Notes: generated by a model not told the origin, from the sequence alone. DNA of 64,000 nt from Octopus sinensis (GCF_006345805.1 NC_043004.1:15376001-15440000), one strand, 5' to 3'. Shown: positions 12,987 through 27,975, numbered from the stretch's first letter. Numbers and translations are program-made.

Positions 12987-14076
12987 ATATATATAATATA
13001 TATATTATATTATTATATATATATATATATTAATATATGTACATAGCAGTTCGTCGGCAAAAGGCACTGATTGAATAAGTATATATATATACATATGCGC
13101 ACGCGAAAGTGTGCGTGTGTATGTGCCTTTGTGTCTATGTTTGTAGCCCACCACCTCTCGAGAACCGGTGTTGGTGTGTGTTTACGTCTCTGTAACATAG
13201 CAGTTCGGCAAAAGGCACTGATTGAATAAGTACCTGGCTTAAGACAACAAGTATCGGGTCGATTCATTCGACTAGATATTCATAGCGATGCCCCAGCTTG
13301 TGGCACAAACATATATATGTGTATGTGTGTGTGGTTATTTGCATACTTAGCAAGGAAGAGAGTGAATAAAACAAGATAATCGAGAGAGAGGGGGGAGAGG
13401 GGGGAGCTAGAGGCAAATATATGGATAGAAAGGCATAGAAGAGAGAGAGAGAGAGGTGGGGGAGAATGAGGCTGAAACGCGGAAGGGATATTGAAATATC
13501 CTGTCAGTTTAAATTCTGTTCCCGCCCGAGACAACTGAGGCTTAAAATATTGACAGTGTTTGCTGTCCTTCTCTACTGTAACCATCTCTGGCACTTTAGT
13601 ATTGAGAAATGATATATCGATTTGTAATAAAAGAGCTACACTTCCAGGAGGCAATTCACCTCACACCTGTTTTGATGTCAGATTAGAATTCGTACACCAA
13701 GTCGTTGATACAGAAATCTTGATCTTAGGGTATTTAGCACAGACAAGGAAACAAACACACCGAACAGTTGTATTTGTCGTTTTGGTTCTTTACTTAAAGG
13801 TCTACTCTGATCGATCAAATTTATGATCTTTGGCGCTTTACATGTGACAACATCATCTCTTTTTATCCCTCGCTCATCCCCTATCCCTGTCTCTCCCCTC
13901 TCTCTCTGTCTACGCAAACGTATATTGTGTCTTGTGCGTGTGTTTGTAAGGATAATATATCGATATATTATATAATATAATCTAGATATATATATATATA
14001 CATACATACAGAGAGGGAAAGTGAGACATAAATAGATAAATTATAGGTAGCTATATAAATAGTTAGACTGACAGGC

Positions 14077-14136
<60 letters not shown>

Positions 14137-14282
14137 ATATATATATGCATATAGATAGATAGATTAAAATAGAAAAAAAAAATGCAAAACGTTTGGTATC
14201 ACTGGCAATATAAACATAGAGCATAGTAGTTATGATATTATAAATAAATAGACTGTCACAGCTGTTTCTAGAATAACCAACT

Positions 14283-14314
<32 letters not shown>

Positions 14315-14318
14315 TATA

Positions 14319-15434
14319 CACTAGCATAATGACCCGTCGTTGCCGGGTCATAGTGCTAGTGCATGTATATATGTGTATATATATGTGTACATATTGCATG
14401 TAGATCTATATATAATATACATCTACACCAAAATACAAAATACAAAGTTATATCTTGATATCGCTAGTGATAACAATACTCAAAATATATAACAGACTGG
14501 AATTGTAAGCCCGTCTCTTGCAATTTCGATCAATTGTATATAGTCCTCCCTCTTGTATAGAAGTGTGGCTAGAATCCAGCCTACCTCTAGTTCGTGGGGT
14601 GGGGCATTTTCAATTTTTATCCTGCACGTCCTACGTCCCAGATATAAAGGTAAAAATAAAATATTTTCACTTTGCAAGTTCGAGTCGAGTACTCTATTGA
14701 CTCGAACCTTGCTTCTATCTTTCATAGTCGCACCAAGACACTTTTCGATGGTGCTTTCTTCCAGGTGTTCAAATCTACTTTTTTCTCTACATTGTATACT
14801 TTATAGACAATAGTCTTTTCTGTAATTTAATTTTTTATTATCCATCTGGACTATTCCATTTCTGCACGCTAATTTTATTTTTAATTTATTCCCATTGATG
14901 TGAAACCACTTATTCAAGGTCAAGTCTTTGATGCAATTTTATATCAATTGCTATTTTTAATTTTGTTATGTTACGATTATATTATACTTTAGTTTGATTT
15001 TAATTATTACTTACTACATATAATTCAATTGTTATTATTATTTTTATTGTTAAAGTGAAAGTATCTGACATAAAATAGAGAAATGTTTTTGATTCACTTT
15101 TAACACGTAATACTGAAATAGTGGAGAAGATATAATTTTGCTATGGGCTCGCTCTAGGCAAGAAGTTGAACATTTTTTCCCATGAAACTACATGGGCATT
15201 AAGTAAGGCATGTGTAAAATTTGAATGAAATTAGTATTGTAGTTCTCAAGTTTTTGGGAATCGTAGTGGAGAAGATATGATATTGCTGTGGGCTCACCCT
15301 AGGCAAAAAGTTAATTTTTTTGCCGATGACACTCCCCGGACCCCAAGTAAGGAATGAGTAAAATTTGAATGAAATTGGTTGTGTAGTTCTCAAGTTTTAG
15401 GGAAGCACACAGACAGACAGACAGACACACATTC

Positions 15435-15440
<6 letters not shown>
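14319..15440 (+). mobile_element. Non-autonomous Helitron-like element (Lep1/Helentron-style ends)
   Basis: Starts ACTAGC...ACCCG...CGGGT hairpin; ends (ACAG)n-acacattctgtttTATA; internal ~140-bp duplication at 15115-15395; homologous to 59880-60780. Confidence 0.6.
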
Positions 15441-15491
<51 letters not shown>

Positions 15492-15679
15492 TATATATAT
15501 ATATATTGTACACTTGTTTATTAACTTGCCCTTAGATTTTAAGTGCTAACGGGTCACCTATATTATAATATATCTAATATATTATGGTATTCATTACATT
15601 TATTCAAGCGTTTTGAATTAGCGTTAGCTTTCAATGGTTTCTTTTCTCATGAGTTATACGAATCAAGCTATATTTTTAA

Positions 15680-15950
15680 CTCGTCATCCAGCTCGATCTA
15701 AACTAAGGGTTTATATGGCGTTTGGTTCCATTCTAAGTGACTTCGTGGTAGTTCTTATGCCGTCCTTAAACCACTTCTTAGGTTTACACAGATTTCGTTT
15801 CCCCTCTGCAAGCTCGTCATAAATCAGCTCTCTGGGCCTGCGTTCATCCGCCATTCGAATAATATTGCCAGACCATCTCAATTGGCTTTTCAGAATCATT
15901 GATTTAAATGAAGAGATGCCTGCAGGCGCACAGACATCTGTTTCTGGGGT
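15680..15950 (-). pseudogene. RTE-clade LINE ORF C-terminal fragment
   Basis: SQLRWSGNIIRMADERRPRELIYDELAEGKRNLCKPKKWFKD matches the RTE QLRWAGHVxRMxxxRxPKxLxYGELxxGKR motif. Confidence 0.85.
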
Positions 15951-16122
15951 ATACATATACATATACATACATACATACACATACATTCCGGGAAGCTGCC
16001 AGGTGTTTGCCATACAATTTATTATCTTATGGCTTATATATCTATAAATGTAATCTACACACACGCACATATACATACATGCATATATACATAATACATA
16101 TTATATATATATCTATATATAT

Positions 16123-16194
<72 letters not shown>

Positions 16195-17127
16195 TACATA
16201 TATATGTATATATATATATAATAGACAACTTCACTACACATCTGTAATATTACGGAAATTTCGGTTTAGTTCACATAGAAATGGTAAAGTTACAGACGGG
16301 TAAGTTGAAAATAATTTGGTCGGAGGTCGTGCAACTTTTGTTGAAGTTTGACCTCTATATGTTTGAAGATTAAAAACCAGAGCCACACTTAATTATTTAT
16401 AATCAAGATTTGATTAATTTTATCTGAGTATGCTTATTTTTCAATTTGTTACACTCAGAACAAAAGTAGTCCGCCCGCTTGCAGTCAATTCTCTTACGAA
16501 AATTTGTTTAATCATATTCCGGATATGGTAATGAGAGAAATGAGAGAAAAATTAGTGTAATCACACTCCGTTTGCTTCTTTACAAAAACAAGATACATGC
16601 TAAAACAATGAGCTTCTGATCATTTGTATCAGTTTAACATTAGCTGTCTATCTATCATTTATAAATTGATTACAATAAAATATTACTTTGATTGATATGT
16701 GTGTAGAATTGAGCATTCAGAATTAAAAAAAAAATTCTTCACAAGCTTCAGGGCAAAAAGAAAAAAGTGAAAGTTCACCATAATTGACAGTTTGTGAAAG
16801 TTATTCAAATTTCCGATTTTCCTGGTTTGGAAATGTTGATCATCCAAGCTCATTATGTACTGTTCGTGGTGAAAAGTGTCCAAAGAATCTTTGGTAACAT
16901 CGTATTATACTAAACATTGGCATCAATAACCTAGTGGCATCACTAGCAATGACCCTTATATCAATGATCGTTGCTACAAAATACGTTTGAGAGAATAATA
17001 GCCGTGTCTGAATGGGCACAAACTACTTCCAATGAAGTAACTGAAATAACAATTTACGACAAGCTGAATCAGTCATACTGCCAGATTGAAAATGATGATT
17101 CTCACCATGTATCTCTGCTTCTCGACC

Positions 17128-17876
17128 ACATGGCTTCGGGTCCAGTCCCACGACTTGGTACCTTGGCGACGTATCTATTACTGTAACGTCACGCCGACTG
17201 AAGCCTTGTGAGGGAATTTAGTAGACGGAAACTGAAAGAAGTCCATATATATATACACATATTGTGAAATGCTATCAGGAAATTAATATCAGAAAATTTC
17301 TTCAGAAAGATATATATATGTGTAGAATAATTATTGTGCTAAAATATAAATATATATGAAAATATATGTAAATGCGTGTGAGTATAAATGTATAATAAAT
17401 ATGACAGTTTTAAAATCTAATAGTTTAAAATTATGATTTTAAATCATCTTACGAGACAAGTTAAAAATAATGGTCATTACATAATTATTCTTTTATTGAA
17501 GCAAATTTGGCTAACAGCTGTTTCTAGTAGCCATTATATGTATATTACTGATAGGTTTACACAATTGGTCTATTTATCATTTGGGGAAAGTTGAACGACC
17601 TACAAATATTTTAATGCTATTTTCATCAGATTCATATGTATATATTTATGGTTTAGTGTCTTTGTGTGTGTGTTTGTCACCCACCACTGCTTGACTGCCG
17701 ATGCTGGTGTGTTTACGTCTCCGCAACTTCACGGTTTGACAAACGATACCGTTAGAATAATTACTAGGCTTAAAATATATAAGTCCAGGTATCGTTTAGT
17801 TCGACTAAAAGCCTTCAAGGTGGTGCCCCGGCATGGCCGCAGCCAAATGAATGAAACACGTAAAAGACAAAAGATG
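17128..17876 (+). mobile_element. SINE family B copy split by an internal insertion
   Basis: Head at 17128-17232, tail at 17650-17876. Confidence 0.6.
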
Positions 17877-18084
17877 TAAAAAAAATCTACTTTAAAGTGA
17901 TACAATAAATTTTAGATTTGTCTGAAGCTATTTAAAAAAAATAGCTAATAAAAAACTTCAGAAATCTAAATTTGCATTTCTATTTCATGCATTCGCTGTT
18001 ATTAGTAGTACTACTCAATTGCTTGCATTTATTCGTTTTCTTGATGGAGATGAAATAATCAATAAGTTTTTAGGTTGTAAAGAA

Positions 18085-18895
18085 ATGCCAGCATTTAAAA
18101 GAGGTCAAGATATTTTTGATATTTTAACTGGTTGTCTTTGAAAAGATGAATTCAAATTTGAAAACGATGCGTTGGCATTTGTACCAATGGTGTTTAATGC
18201 ATGATAGGCGCTATTAAAGGTTTTTTTTATAGCTATTAGAAAAAGAAAACCAGACGCTTGTTCTTGCACATTGTTTTTTTTCACATATAGATGTTCTGGT
18301 TTCAAAAAGTATTGAAAGAAGTGTTCAAGCAAGGGTTAAACTTAGTAGTTGAAATTGGTCTACTTTTAAAATAGTAGACCTCTGAAATAAAGAGTAGTTG
18401 AGCAACTGAGTAAGGAAATGTGCGCTGAGCACTGCATTACTAAAGGAAAATTGCTAGCTTGCGTTCATTAACTACAAAAAGAATTAATAGAATCTTTTTG
18501 ATAAAGAGGAACATGGAATATTCTGTAAATAAACTTAAATGTGATTTATGAAAATTTAAGTTGGAATATGTAACGGAGATGTTTTACAAAACATAATCTT
18601 ACAACCAGTTATATGCAGAGGAAAAACAAAAATATTGTAACATCTACAGATAGTTACATATAAAATTAAAATTATAATTTGGAAAAACAGCAAAATCGGC
18701 GAAGTTTGAAGAAATGATCCCTATGGTAGTTAATTATCTGAAAACGCACAGAAAGAAAATGACGACTATTTTCAGTCATGGAACTGAGAAAAGTACGATT
18801 GGATTGGAAATCGCTTCATAAATAATCCATTCGATATTGGATTTCAATTATGTGAAGAAAACGAATTGGCAATTATGTTCAGTGATCTTGGGCTT
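18085..18895 (+). pseudogene. Decayed hAT (Charlie/SPIN-like) transposase
   Basis: Fragments GQDIFDIL, KEMCAEH, WIxNxF and LAIMF resemble TGxDIF...HCxxHRxxLA...LCxEMxAEH...WIxNPF of Charlie-type hATs; many stops. Confidence 0.6.
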
Positions 18896-19329
18896 ATCAA
18901 AATAAAGCCTTATCAAAATAAAGCCTTATCAAAATAACATACTGTTGTTGTTATTATTATTATTGTCATCATCATCATCATCCTCATCCTCCTCATCATC
19001 ATCATCCTCATCATCATCATCATAATCATTATTACATGACAACTCACAGCTTATTTTGCTAGTTATAATGGAAATTGTCAGCTGTCAACAGTCAACAGAC
19101 TAAGGTGAGATTTGTTTACTGGTAATGCTTCAAGAACCCTGCGAAGAATTCTTGCAGTTCCAAGAAATGCTGGTTTTTGTAGGTGTTCTACCTTCACACT
19201 TGCACCAATATTTTTCAACTATGATGGTAGATGAGAGTTGATACTTCCACGTGCACCAACTACTAATGGTGTCTTCATTGACTACAACCTTCGTATTTCC
19301 CACTTCAAATCATCATCGTCATCATCATC

Positions 19330-19663
19330 AAAAGGTCCCTGAAAAGGGGTTGTTTAAGGATGTTGAATGAAACACTTATGTTTCTAGAGTTGAATTATTC
19401 AAACTCCAAAGAATCCCTCTCAACACATGGCTATGATGCTCCCCACTACTTCCGCTCGTGATCAGAGATGTTCATATCATCAGACACTAAGGGACATGCA
19501 CAACTGGTTAAGTTCAAACAACTGACAAACAAATCTGTGGTATGGAACAGAATATTTGCTGTAGCCCATCTTTTATACCCAGAGAAAACAATGTACATGA
19601 TAACACTTCCAATCAGTTGAGATCAGAAGCAACGATAGCCACTGCCTGGTACTGCATCACGGC

Positions 19664-19668
<5 letters not shown>
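19330..19668 (-). mobile_element. Family D element, partial
   Basis: Homologous to 8660-8993; flanked by (ATC)n and (ATT)n. Confidence 0.75.
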
Positions 19669-19717
<49 letters not shown>

Positions 19718-19818
19718 ACTGGTATTTTTCTTATATTTTTAAAAGCTGTTTTCTTTTTTCGTTTTAAATCATCTTCAACTACTCATACTTCAAAATGAAC
19801 GAGAGCGACAACAACAGG

Positions 19819-19819
<1 letters not shown>

Positions 19820-19854
<35 letters not shown>

Positions 19855-19864
19855 AACAACAACA

Positions 19865-19900
<36 letters not shown>

Positions 19901-19922
19901 GCTACTACTACTACTGCTACTG

Positions 19923-19972
<50 letters not shown>
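19820..19972. repeat. (TAC)n/(AAC)n microsatellite
   Basis: Direct inspection. Confidence 0.95.
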
Positions 19973-19973
<1 letters not shown>

Positions 19974-20565
19974 GTAATTTTGTTCTACCTTTCGTTTATA
20001 CGTTTCACGCTTCACAGTCCGACGCATGTACACATTTTTATTGCATACTACTTGTCCTTCCATGGTAATTTTATTTTCTCTCTGAAACATATAAATAATT
20101 TCCTTTTTGCAGTTTTGTTTTTTATTTTGTCATCGTTTTTTCCTCCTGTCGTTTCCCACATATAACACCATCTCACAAACATAAACTCGCAAATACATGC
20201 CTACATCCATACATTCATCTTTTCTCACCACCTGACGTTCGCGAGCGCTTCCATCTTCTCACACTCACGCTTTCCCTGAGCACAACACGATTGCACCCAC
20301 GCCCAAAAACCATCCTCACCCTATGACCTCATATATGCACTCTGCTACAGACATACACATACCCCCAAAACACCATAAGTACTAGCTTTCTAACTGTGGA
20401 AATATTAAATGGATACAGAATTATATGCATGAACACCCACCACATGCTCATTTTTAATTCTCCATACAACTGCATTCCCTCACTGAGCCCAAACACAATT
20501 GTGTATTTTTCCTCCAGCAACGTTTTATTATTCACTCTCCCGTTCTAATTTCCCGTCTGCATTTT

Positions 20566-20602
20566 TCTTCAGATGAAAGACTAATGTCCGAAACAGCAAA
20601 GA
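20566..20602 (+). ncRNA. Degenerate minimal hammerhead-like motif
   Basis: TCTT-CAGATGA-AA-GAC(TAAT)GTC-C-GAAACAGCA-AAGA; two core substitutions. Confidence 0.35.
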
Positions 20603-21342
20603 TCTTTGCTTTCTTTTGAAGCATTAAACTACTACAACATTTGTTAAAACTTATCCTTCTGTGTTATCTTTCTTTTTGTGGTCATTGCTTTCATTAAATA
20701 TGTGTTCTGTACATGAAGTATATGTTTGCGGTATCGTGTTCCAATGTGTGTACGTAGATCTAATATATACACACACAAGGAAGGAAATGTACATACGCTT
20801 TTATAGGGTGCGTGCGTGCATGGGAATATGTGTACGCTTGTAATGGATGCAAGTATCCTTAAGTTAGATACTGAAAAAGCAGTTACAAATTGGATTTGAA
20901 GTCTTGCACAGCTGCCACAGGCAGGGAACAAGTCATGGATATTCAATGATGCATTAGCGTTGAAGCGTTTTATCTGAAAACAAAGATTATTGAATATGAT
21001 TCTCGTTGAGAAGCTTGGGTAAAACTTATCATTTTGTTCTGCTGTTGATATACATTTTGCCATCTTTCAAAGTAATTCTTCTTCCTAAATTTTGCTGCGT
21101 AGCATATCTTTTAAATGTACACTTGTACTTGTCATTCACATACCTACATTACGCTCGTACATGTATGTATGTATGTATGTACGTATGTCTGTCTGTATGT
21201 ATATATGTATGTATGCATGCATGTATGTATGTATCTATCATACACGCATAAATATGTATACATATATATATATATATATGTATATGCATATATATGTATA
21301 TCTATCTATCTATCTATCTCTATCTATCTATCTATCTATCTA

Positions 21343-21409
<67 letters not shown>

Positions 21410-23742
21410 TATATATATTATAGATATATATATATACACACACCTTTATTTATATATATCTGTATGTGTGTGAATATAGACATATATTTACACGAAAGAT
21501 ATAGTAATTAATTCTTCAAGTGCATATACATTTGTGAGTTTAAATATGTCTTTATAAACAATTTCTAACCCCCCCCCACACACATACATGCGTGTGTGTT
21601 TGTGTATGTATGCATATGTATATTCATACGCATATATAGATGTCTGCGTATGTATGGGCCTATATGTATGTATGGGTGTGTGTAGATGTTTATCTCTATG
21701 GTTCTTAAACATAGTTATGTATTGGCTCACATTATTTGAGCTACGTTCAGACGTTCAACGATTGTTGGCATGTTACAGTTTAGTAAACAACATAATCCGA
21801 GGAACCAGTGACCGCTGCTTCCGGTATATCTTGTGTCAGTTATATATGCAAACAACAGCGACTAACACCCAAGAAAACACATTATAAACATACCGACATG
21901 AGATAAGATATATCTCATGGGTAGGAACTTAAATATCAAATAAATATAAAACATTGTCTAAGAAATAAATATTTTACTATAAGTCTAAAATCATTTTAGC
22001 TATTCCTCATGGCATTAGATGGGGTCAATTAGAAAGAACCGGAATAGCTTAACTGTTTTATCGAATGACTTTGATTGTATAAGATGGCGCACGAATAAGT
22101 ACCCAAAATTTTGCAGTATAGCATAAATTGAAGTGTTTTATTTGCGTCTTTATTTCTGCTTTAAGTTGCAATATCGATATTAATTTTCTGATAAATCATA
22201 CGATTTTACCAGGAATGTTACATTGTTCCGAAACAACCACATAGATGGTATACGAAAATATACATCAGGAAAATATGAAATTTGGACCACCGAATATTGC
22301 AGTGTTCACATTAAGAAGAATACGGTAATGTTCGGGTTTCTAACGAAACATCATCGCTAAGCTGGACATAAAAATTTCCCATTATGTTATCAACTTCGTA
22401 CAGGACTGGGGTAAACATGATTATCTGCTTTAGTGGGCAAGTATTTACGTTTCTGCAGTTGTGCATTCAGTGACCATCTAGGCTGGCTTAGGGGAAACTT
22501 ATTTTTTTACAGACACGAAGCAAAAACACAGTCAACCAGACATAAATACACTCGCGCGTGTTACACACGCATGTTGTGTGTGAGCGCGTCAATGTTTGTT
22601 CGTCTCTGTTCTAATATATGGACATATTCCAGCAATTACGGAAAGAGCTTAATTTCAGGCACCTAGCCCCCATTCAATTAAGCTCAGTATGTAATCCTTT
22701 ACATCCCATGCCTTCCTTTGAACCTCTGATGATTCGCTTAGTAATGGAATAACACGATATTTAGATTCGTAACACGACTTCATTTTATCAAAATTGCTAG
22801 TGTCGGTATTGGTTTACATCTCACCGAGATAAATGACATAAATTCCTATGAAATGACTTCAGACTAATATTGTAATAAATATACTTATATATTAATATCT
22901 ATGAAAGTATGCCTCGTATTTATTCAGTGAAATCTTAACATCTCGAAAAGTCATGTAAGCCACTCAATGTACTTCATTACAACCTGCTGGAAATAGCAGC
23001 TGAATGCGTATGCCTTGAACACATTTTTGATGACAGGTTTTTCATTGGTGTTTGGCCCGGTTCAAAGCTATGCCAATTAAATAACACAGTGCCAAGGAAT
23101 TATGGTTAATTTTTATTTTATTTTTAAACGCATGCTACGCTTAATTCCTTTAATTAACTTGCTAGTTTAGATAATTATTTTCTTTCTGTAGAAGAAATTC
23201 CCAAGTTATATTATAAGGCAACTCCATGATGTCACTTTTAATTTATGTGAAGAGATTACAAGTGGTGTTATTATCGGTTTTCTTTAGCATCATTTAAACC
23301 CACACGCAGCAAAATGTTTTTCAAGCCATTGACCATCCTCTACATATTCTAATTCGGATTTCTCTAGAGCTATAATGCAATACATGTGAGGGGTTGTATG
23401 TGTTTGTGCGGGTGTAAGTGTGGTTTGGGCATGTGTTCAATGTGTAACCCATTCCGCTTCACATCTGACCTCAGTCTATTTCTTCTAGGAAAAGTGATAA
23501 ACTAAAAGGCACCATGGGAAATATTAGAAATAATACAGGACCTAACCATTTTTTTAATAATCTGTCCTACCCTGAAACAATGACGTGCAAACTTGACCTC
23601 AACAGAATTAGAAACCAGAAAGCCGCAACGATATCTACCCATCACTGTAATACTTCTGGTAATTGGCCGCCTCATCTTTCTTTCTCTCCCTATATTTCTC
23701 TTTATATCTGTCTATCTATTTTTCCTTCTTTCTTTCTACCTG

Positions 23743-23795
<53 letters not shown>

Positions 23796-23814
23796 ATATA
23801 TATATATATATATA

Positions 23815-24150
23815 CATGCAAAATGGGACATGAATGCAAAACATCCAGACAGTTAGGTGATACACAAAAGGGACAACAAAACATCCAAACAGACGATACA
23901 AAGAAGACAAGGACGGGTCATTCGGAGTTTTCTTTCCTCAGTTTCTTTCCAGATTATCTTTGCAATTGCGGCTAGTTATACTCGAGATTGCTCTAATCTG
24001 GCCATTCCCAAAGAAAAACTAAGCATTAGATCCCTTTAATGAAACCAGCGAATGTATACGAAATAAAGACGAAAAAAACGGAGAATGTTACACAAATACA
24101 AACAACAGGAGATAACAACAGGTGTCTTTCTACTAAGGACGATTCCCTCT
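23815..24150. mobile_element. Interspersed repeat (probable PLE-derived), homologous to 52255-52670
   Basis: Shared blocks ggacggg(t/a)cattcg, gcaatt, aaaaactaagc, cgaatgtatacgaaa. Confidence 0.55.
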
Positions 24151-24645
24151 ATATCACTTTCTCTCTATCTATCTGTCAATATGTCTGTCTGTCAGCCTTT
24201 CTGTCTGCGTGCCTACATACATGCATGGATACATACATACATACATACATCATACATACATACATACATACATACATACATACATACATACATGCATGCA
24301 CGCATGCACGTGGTTGGATAGCTGAGCAAGTAGATGGACGGTTGTTGGATATGTTGGTGTGTGTCTACTTTATATCGTCTCTATACATTTAATAGATGTC
24401 TACTTTCTCTAATTACTCGTCCAAAGCTGTGAATCTCTCTGAATCACTCTCAATCACATATAATGCAAATCGCTGATTTATCCACACCACATTACCTCCA
24501 GTTTTTCAATTTTCTGCTTCGATTTTTTTTCTTTCTCCATTTTTCTCTCTTTTTTTTTTCCTTCCAGGATTCTTCATTAGAAATTATTCTGCTAAACTCC
24601 TGTTGAGATATCTTTAAAACTTCTACTACCAGATATATTTTTTTA

Positions 24646-24793
24646 TATCTTCTTCTTCTTCTTCTTCTTCTTCTTCTTCTTCTTCTTCTTCTTCTTCTTC
24701 TTCTTCTTCTTCTTCTTCTTCTTCTTCTTCTTCTTCTTCTTCTTTTCTTCTCCTTCTTCTTCTTCTTCTTCTTCTTCCACTTCTTCTTCTTCC

Positions 24794-24824
<31 letters not shown>

Positions 24825-24864
24825 CTTCTTCTTCTTCCTATTATCATTATTATTATTAATTCTA

Positions 24865-24916
<52 letters not shown>
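24646..24916. repeat. (TTC)n + (TTA)n microsatellite
   Basis: Direct inspection. Confidence 0.95.
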
Positions 24917-24917
<1 letters not shown>

Positions 24918-26344
24918 TCATTTATTTCCTGTGTTTTTCAAATCGACCTCATTACAACCCATTTTCTTTTTTCATTCTATTCTACATCACAAACCAGCTC
25001 CACAATCTCCAAACGCCCCACCATCACCTATATCAACCCAGCATACCCACCACTCCTTGTAGCTCCTTAAATTCTCAATCACGTGGATAAATTTCTTGCT
25101 CGAATATAACTCATTGGAGATGGAGTGTTTCTTTTAATTTGCTTAAACTCATACATCTCATTCCTTTCTTTTCCATTTCATATTTTATTTTTTATTTCTG
25201 ACTTTCTTTTTCAATTTACTTTCCTGAACAATAATCGTTCAGCAAGTTTCAATCAGCAATTTACTTTATTCATAATCTTTAACATTTTTTGCTTTTTCTC
25301 CTTGTATTCGTTATTCGACCGTCTTTATAATAATGTTACATTCTTTTCCTTCTTTCAACTTTTCTACTTCATTTTATTTATACTTTGTTGTTGTTTCACA
25401 ATTTCCTTTTGATTTTCACATGTTCTCTTTCTTCTTAACATTCGTTCGTTCTCTTTTCCGTTCTGTGTTCTTACCATTTCCTTCATTTCTATCTTATACT
25501 TCCTTTAAATTTATTTCGTTTCCTTTTGTTTACTTATCTTCCTTTTATCACTTCCATTTATCCGTTTTACTTTCTTTCTCTTGTCATTCTATCTTTCTAT
25601 CTACACGGCTGCACGCGCACACATACACACACATATTTAGAGAGAGAGAGTGTGTGTGTGTGTATTGGTGTATATATTTATAAATTATAGAAAAGTACCT
25701 GTATAACTGTACGCTTTCTCGTTCGTCTGTATGACTTCTCTTAACATCTTATTCTTCCAACACAAGAACCTACACGTTTACGTTGATCTATACTGCATCA
25801 AGTACAGAAGAATTCTTAGATGGAAATATGCTTTCTAATGCTGTGAAAAAATATTGGAATTATTGTTACCATATTGAACGGTGCTTCTCATATTTGCAAA
25901 ATTCAGCCTTTTTCTCTTAGTATCCACTTAAATTTTATCATATGTGTAAGCAATGCAATTCATGATTTTTGTACCAATATATTTTATATTTTATTATTCA
26001 GAAAGCAATGATTTCTCATGCGTAAACATATTCACATATATGTTAGTATGTATAAGTATATACATGTATACATACGTATATACATACATATATACACACA
26101 GGTATATAAGTATTATATATATTTATATACCAATATCTCTATATGTGTCTATTTATATGTGTGCATGTGTGTAAGTGTGAGATGCTAACACAGACAAATC
26201 GTCAGAATTATTGAACGAGAGAATAAAGTATCCAACTTTTCAGAGAATCGGTTGCGTGGGTAAGAGATGAAGTGGAAAAGAAAATAAATGCACAGGGAGA
26301 AAGCGAAGATATTTTATCTAATTTATTAATTATTTCTGGTATAG

Positions 26345-26715
26345 GCTCAAGGCCTGAAATTTTGTGGAAGGGATTGATCAATTTCATTGACCCCAGTACT
26401 TGATTGGTACTTGACTTATTGACCCTGAATGGATAAATGCAAAGTCAGGTACAGTGAATTCGAACTCAGAGTGTCCTGCGTGTTAACGATTCTGCTAGCT
26501 CACTGCCATAGATACGTCTTTAATCCTTTCTTCAATAGAGCCAAAATGGGAAAGCTAGCAGGAAGAGGCCAGTCGATTACATCGACTCCAATGCTTCACT
26601 GATACTTATTTCATAGACTCCGAAAGGATGCTGATGGAAGTCGTCCCCAGAGCATGAAGAACTCAGAGCATGCAGACGGAAGTAATGCAGCTAAGCATTT
26701 TCACCTGCTGCCTAA
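26345..26715 (-). mobile_element. Two degenerate SINE family A copies
   Basis: 26345-26510 and 26565-26715 align to family A. Confidence 0.65.
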
Positions 26716-27449
26716 CGATCCTACTACCGCGACGCCATAGTTAACGTTAGAAGTGAAATCCCAGCTGTCAAGCGATGTTGGGGGATAAACACACACACAC
26801 GCACACACATGCACACACACACACACACGCACATACACATGCATACACACACACACTCACAAGGAGACGTATATGCAATCGGTTTCCTTTAATTTCCGTA
26901 TACCAAATCAACTCATATAACCTTGGTTGTCCCGCGGCTATAGTTGAACTCACTATAATTCTATTTAGTGAGATTGAACACGGAACCATGTTGTTGGGAA
27001 GCAGACTTCATGCCATTGTACTGCAGTCACTGGTGACTGCAGTACAATGACCAATGAGGTCAGGAATACTTATTGTTATTTGTTAATTATTTAATTATAC
27101 AGCATATTTCAGTTACCACTCTATTAAAAGAAAACGCATTAAAAACGGAGAGAGTTTTAATTGCAATAGTTCTAAATTACGAGAATTAAAATAATTTATT
27201 TCACTCTATCTGTGCATATTCATATACAAGAAATTGAAACCAATTTAAATATTCAAATACACAATAATTACTGCTGTTTATGAGAATTGTATCAAAAGCA
27301 AAATGTTCACTTCCCCAAGTAAAATAAAACACTGAAAATACACAGAGAGATATCCAAGTGAAATGTTCATTTTGAATTTACCAATGTATTACCAGTCCGT
27401 TTGATTTCGATTTAAGGATCAGTCTGCGCAAGTACTCCAATTTATTTAT

Positions 27450-27975
27450 TTCTAATAACCCCAAGTACTTATAGCCCGTCTCTTCTATCTGCTTCATAAC
27501 CTCCCCCGGCGGTATCGTCAGCCCCTCCATCATGCCTCTCTTCAAGAATAACACGCCAAATTCTTCAGTCCGAACTCCATTCTGATATTAGCACTGAAAG
27601 TATACACCGTATCAACGAAGGAGCTGACTTGAAATTCATCTTTACCATAAAGTTTGAGGTTATCTATGAATGACAAATGGTTGACATTTTGTTGGCGGCT
27701 TTTGAATATATACCTAGCCCTTGGATTCCTCAGAATCAGCATTAGTGGTATCATGCACTGTAAAAAGATCAGTGGGGACAGGCAGTCCTTTTGGAAGATA
27801 CCCCCTGATTTCTATTCCCCCTAAACTTCTTCCATATGCTGTCAGTTACGTCATCCACTTCAACATACTTTTTCCAAGCAAGCACTCAACATTCGATGCA
27901 ATACCAAATAGGTTCATACATTTCCTAATCCAAGAATGGGGTATCATATTGTGCGCCTTACGATAATCGATTCAT
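27450..27975 (-). pseudogene. Decayed reverse transcriptase of an RLE-type (R4/Dong-like) LINE
   Basis: GIFQxDCLSPLIF, MIPL, NHLSFIDNLKLYGK (YMDD motif decayed), MEFGLK and GYKYLG in order. Confidence 0.8.

Noticed and set aside
23908-23950. CTGAGGA...GAAT motif here and CTAAAGA...GAAT at ~52305-52345 as hammerheads
   Set aside because: GAAA is replaced by GAAT and no clean stem I or stem III forms; not supportable without a consensus.
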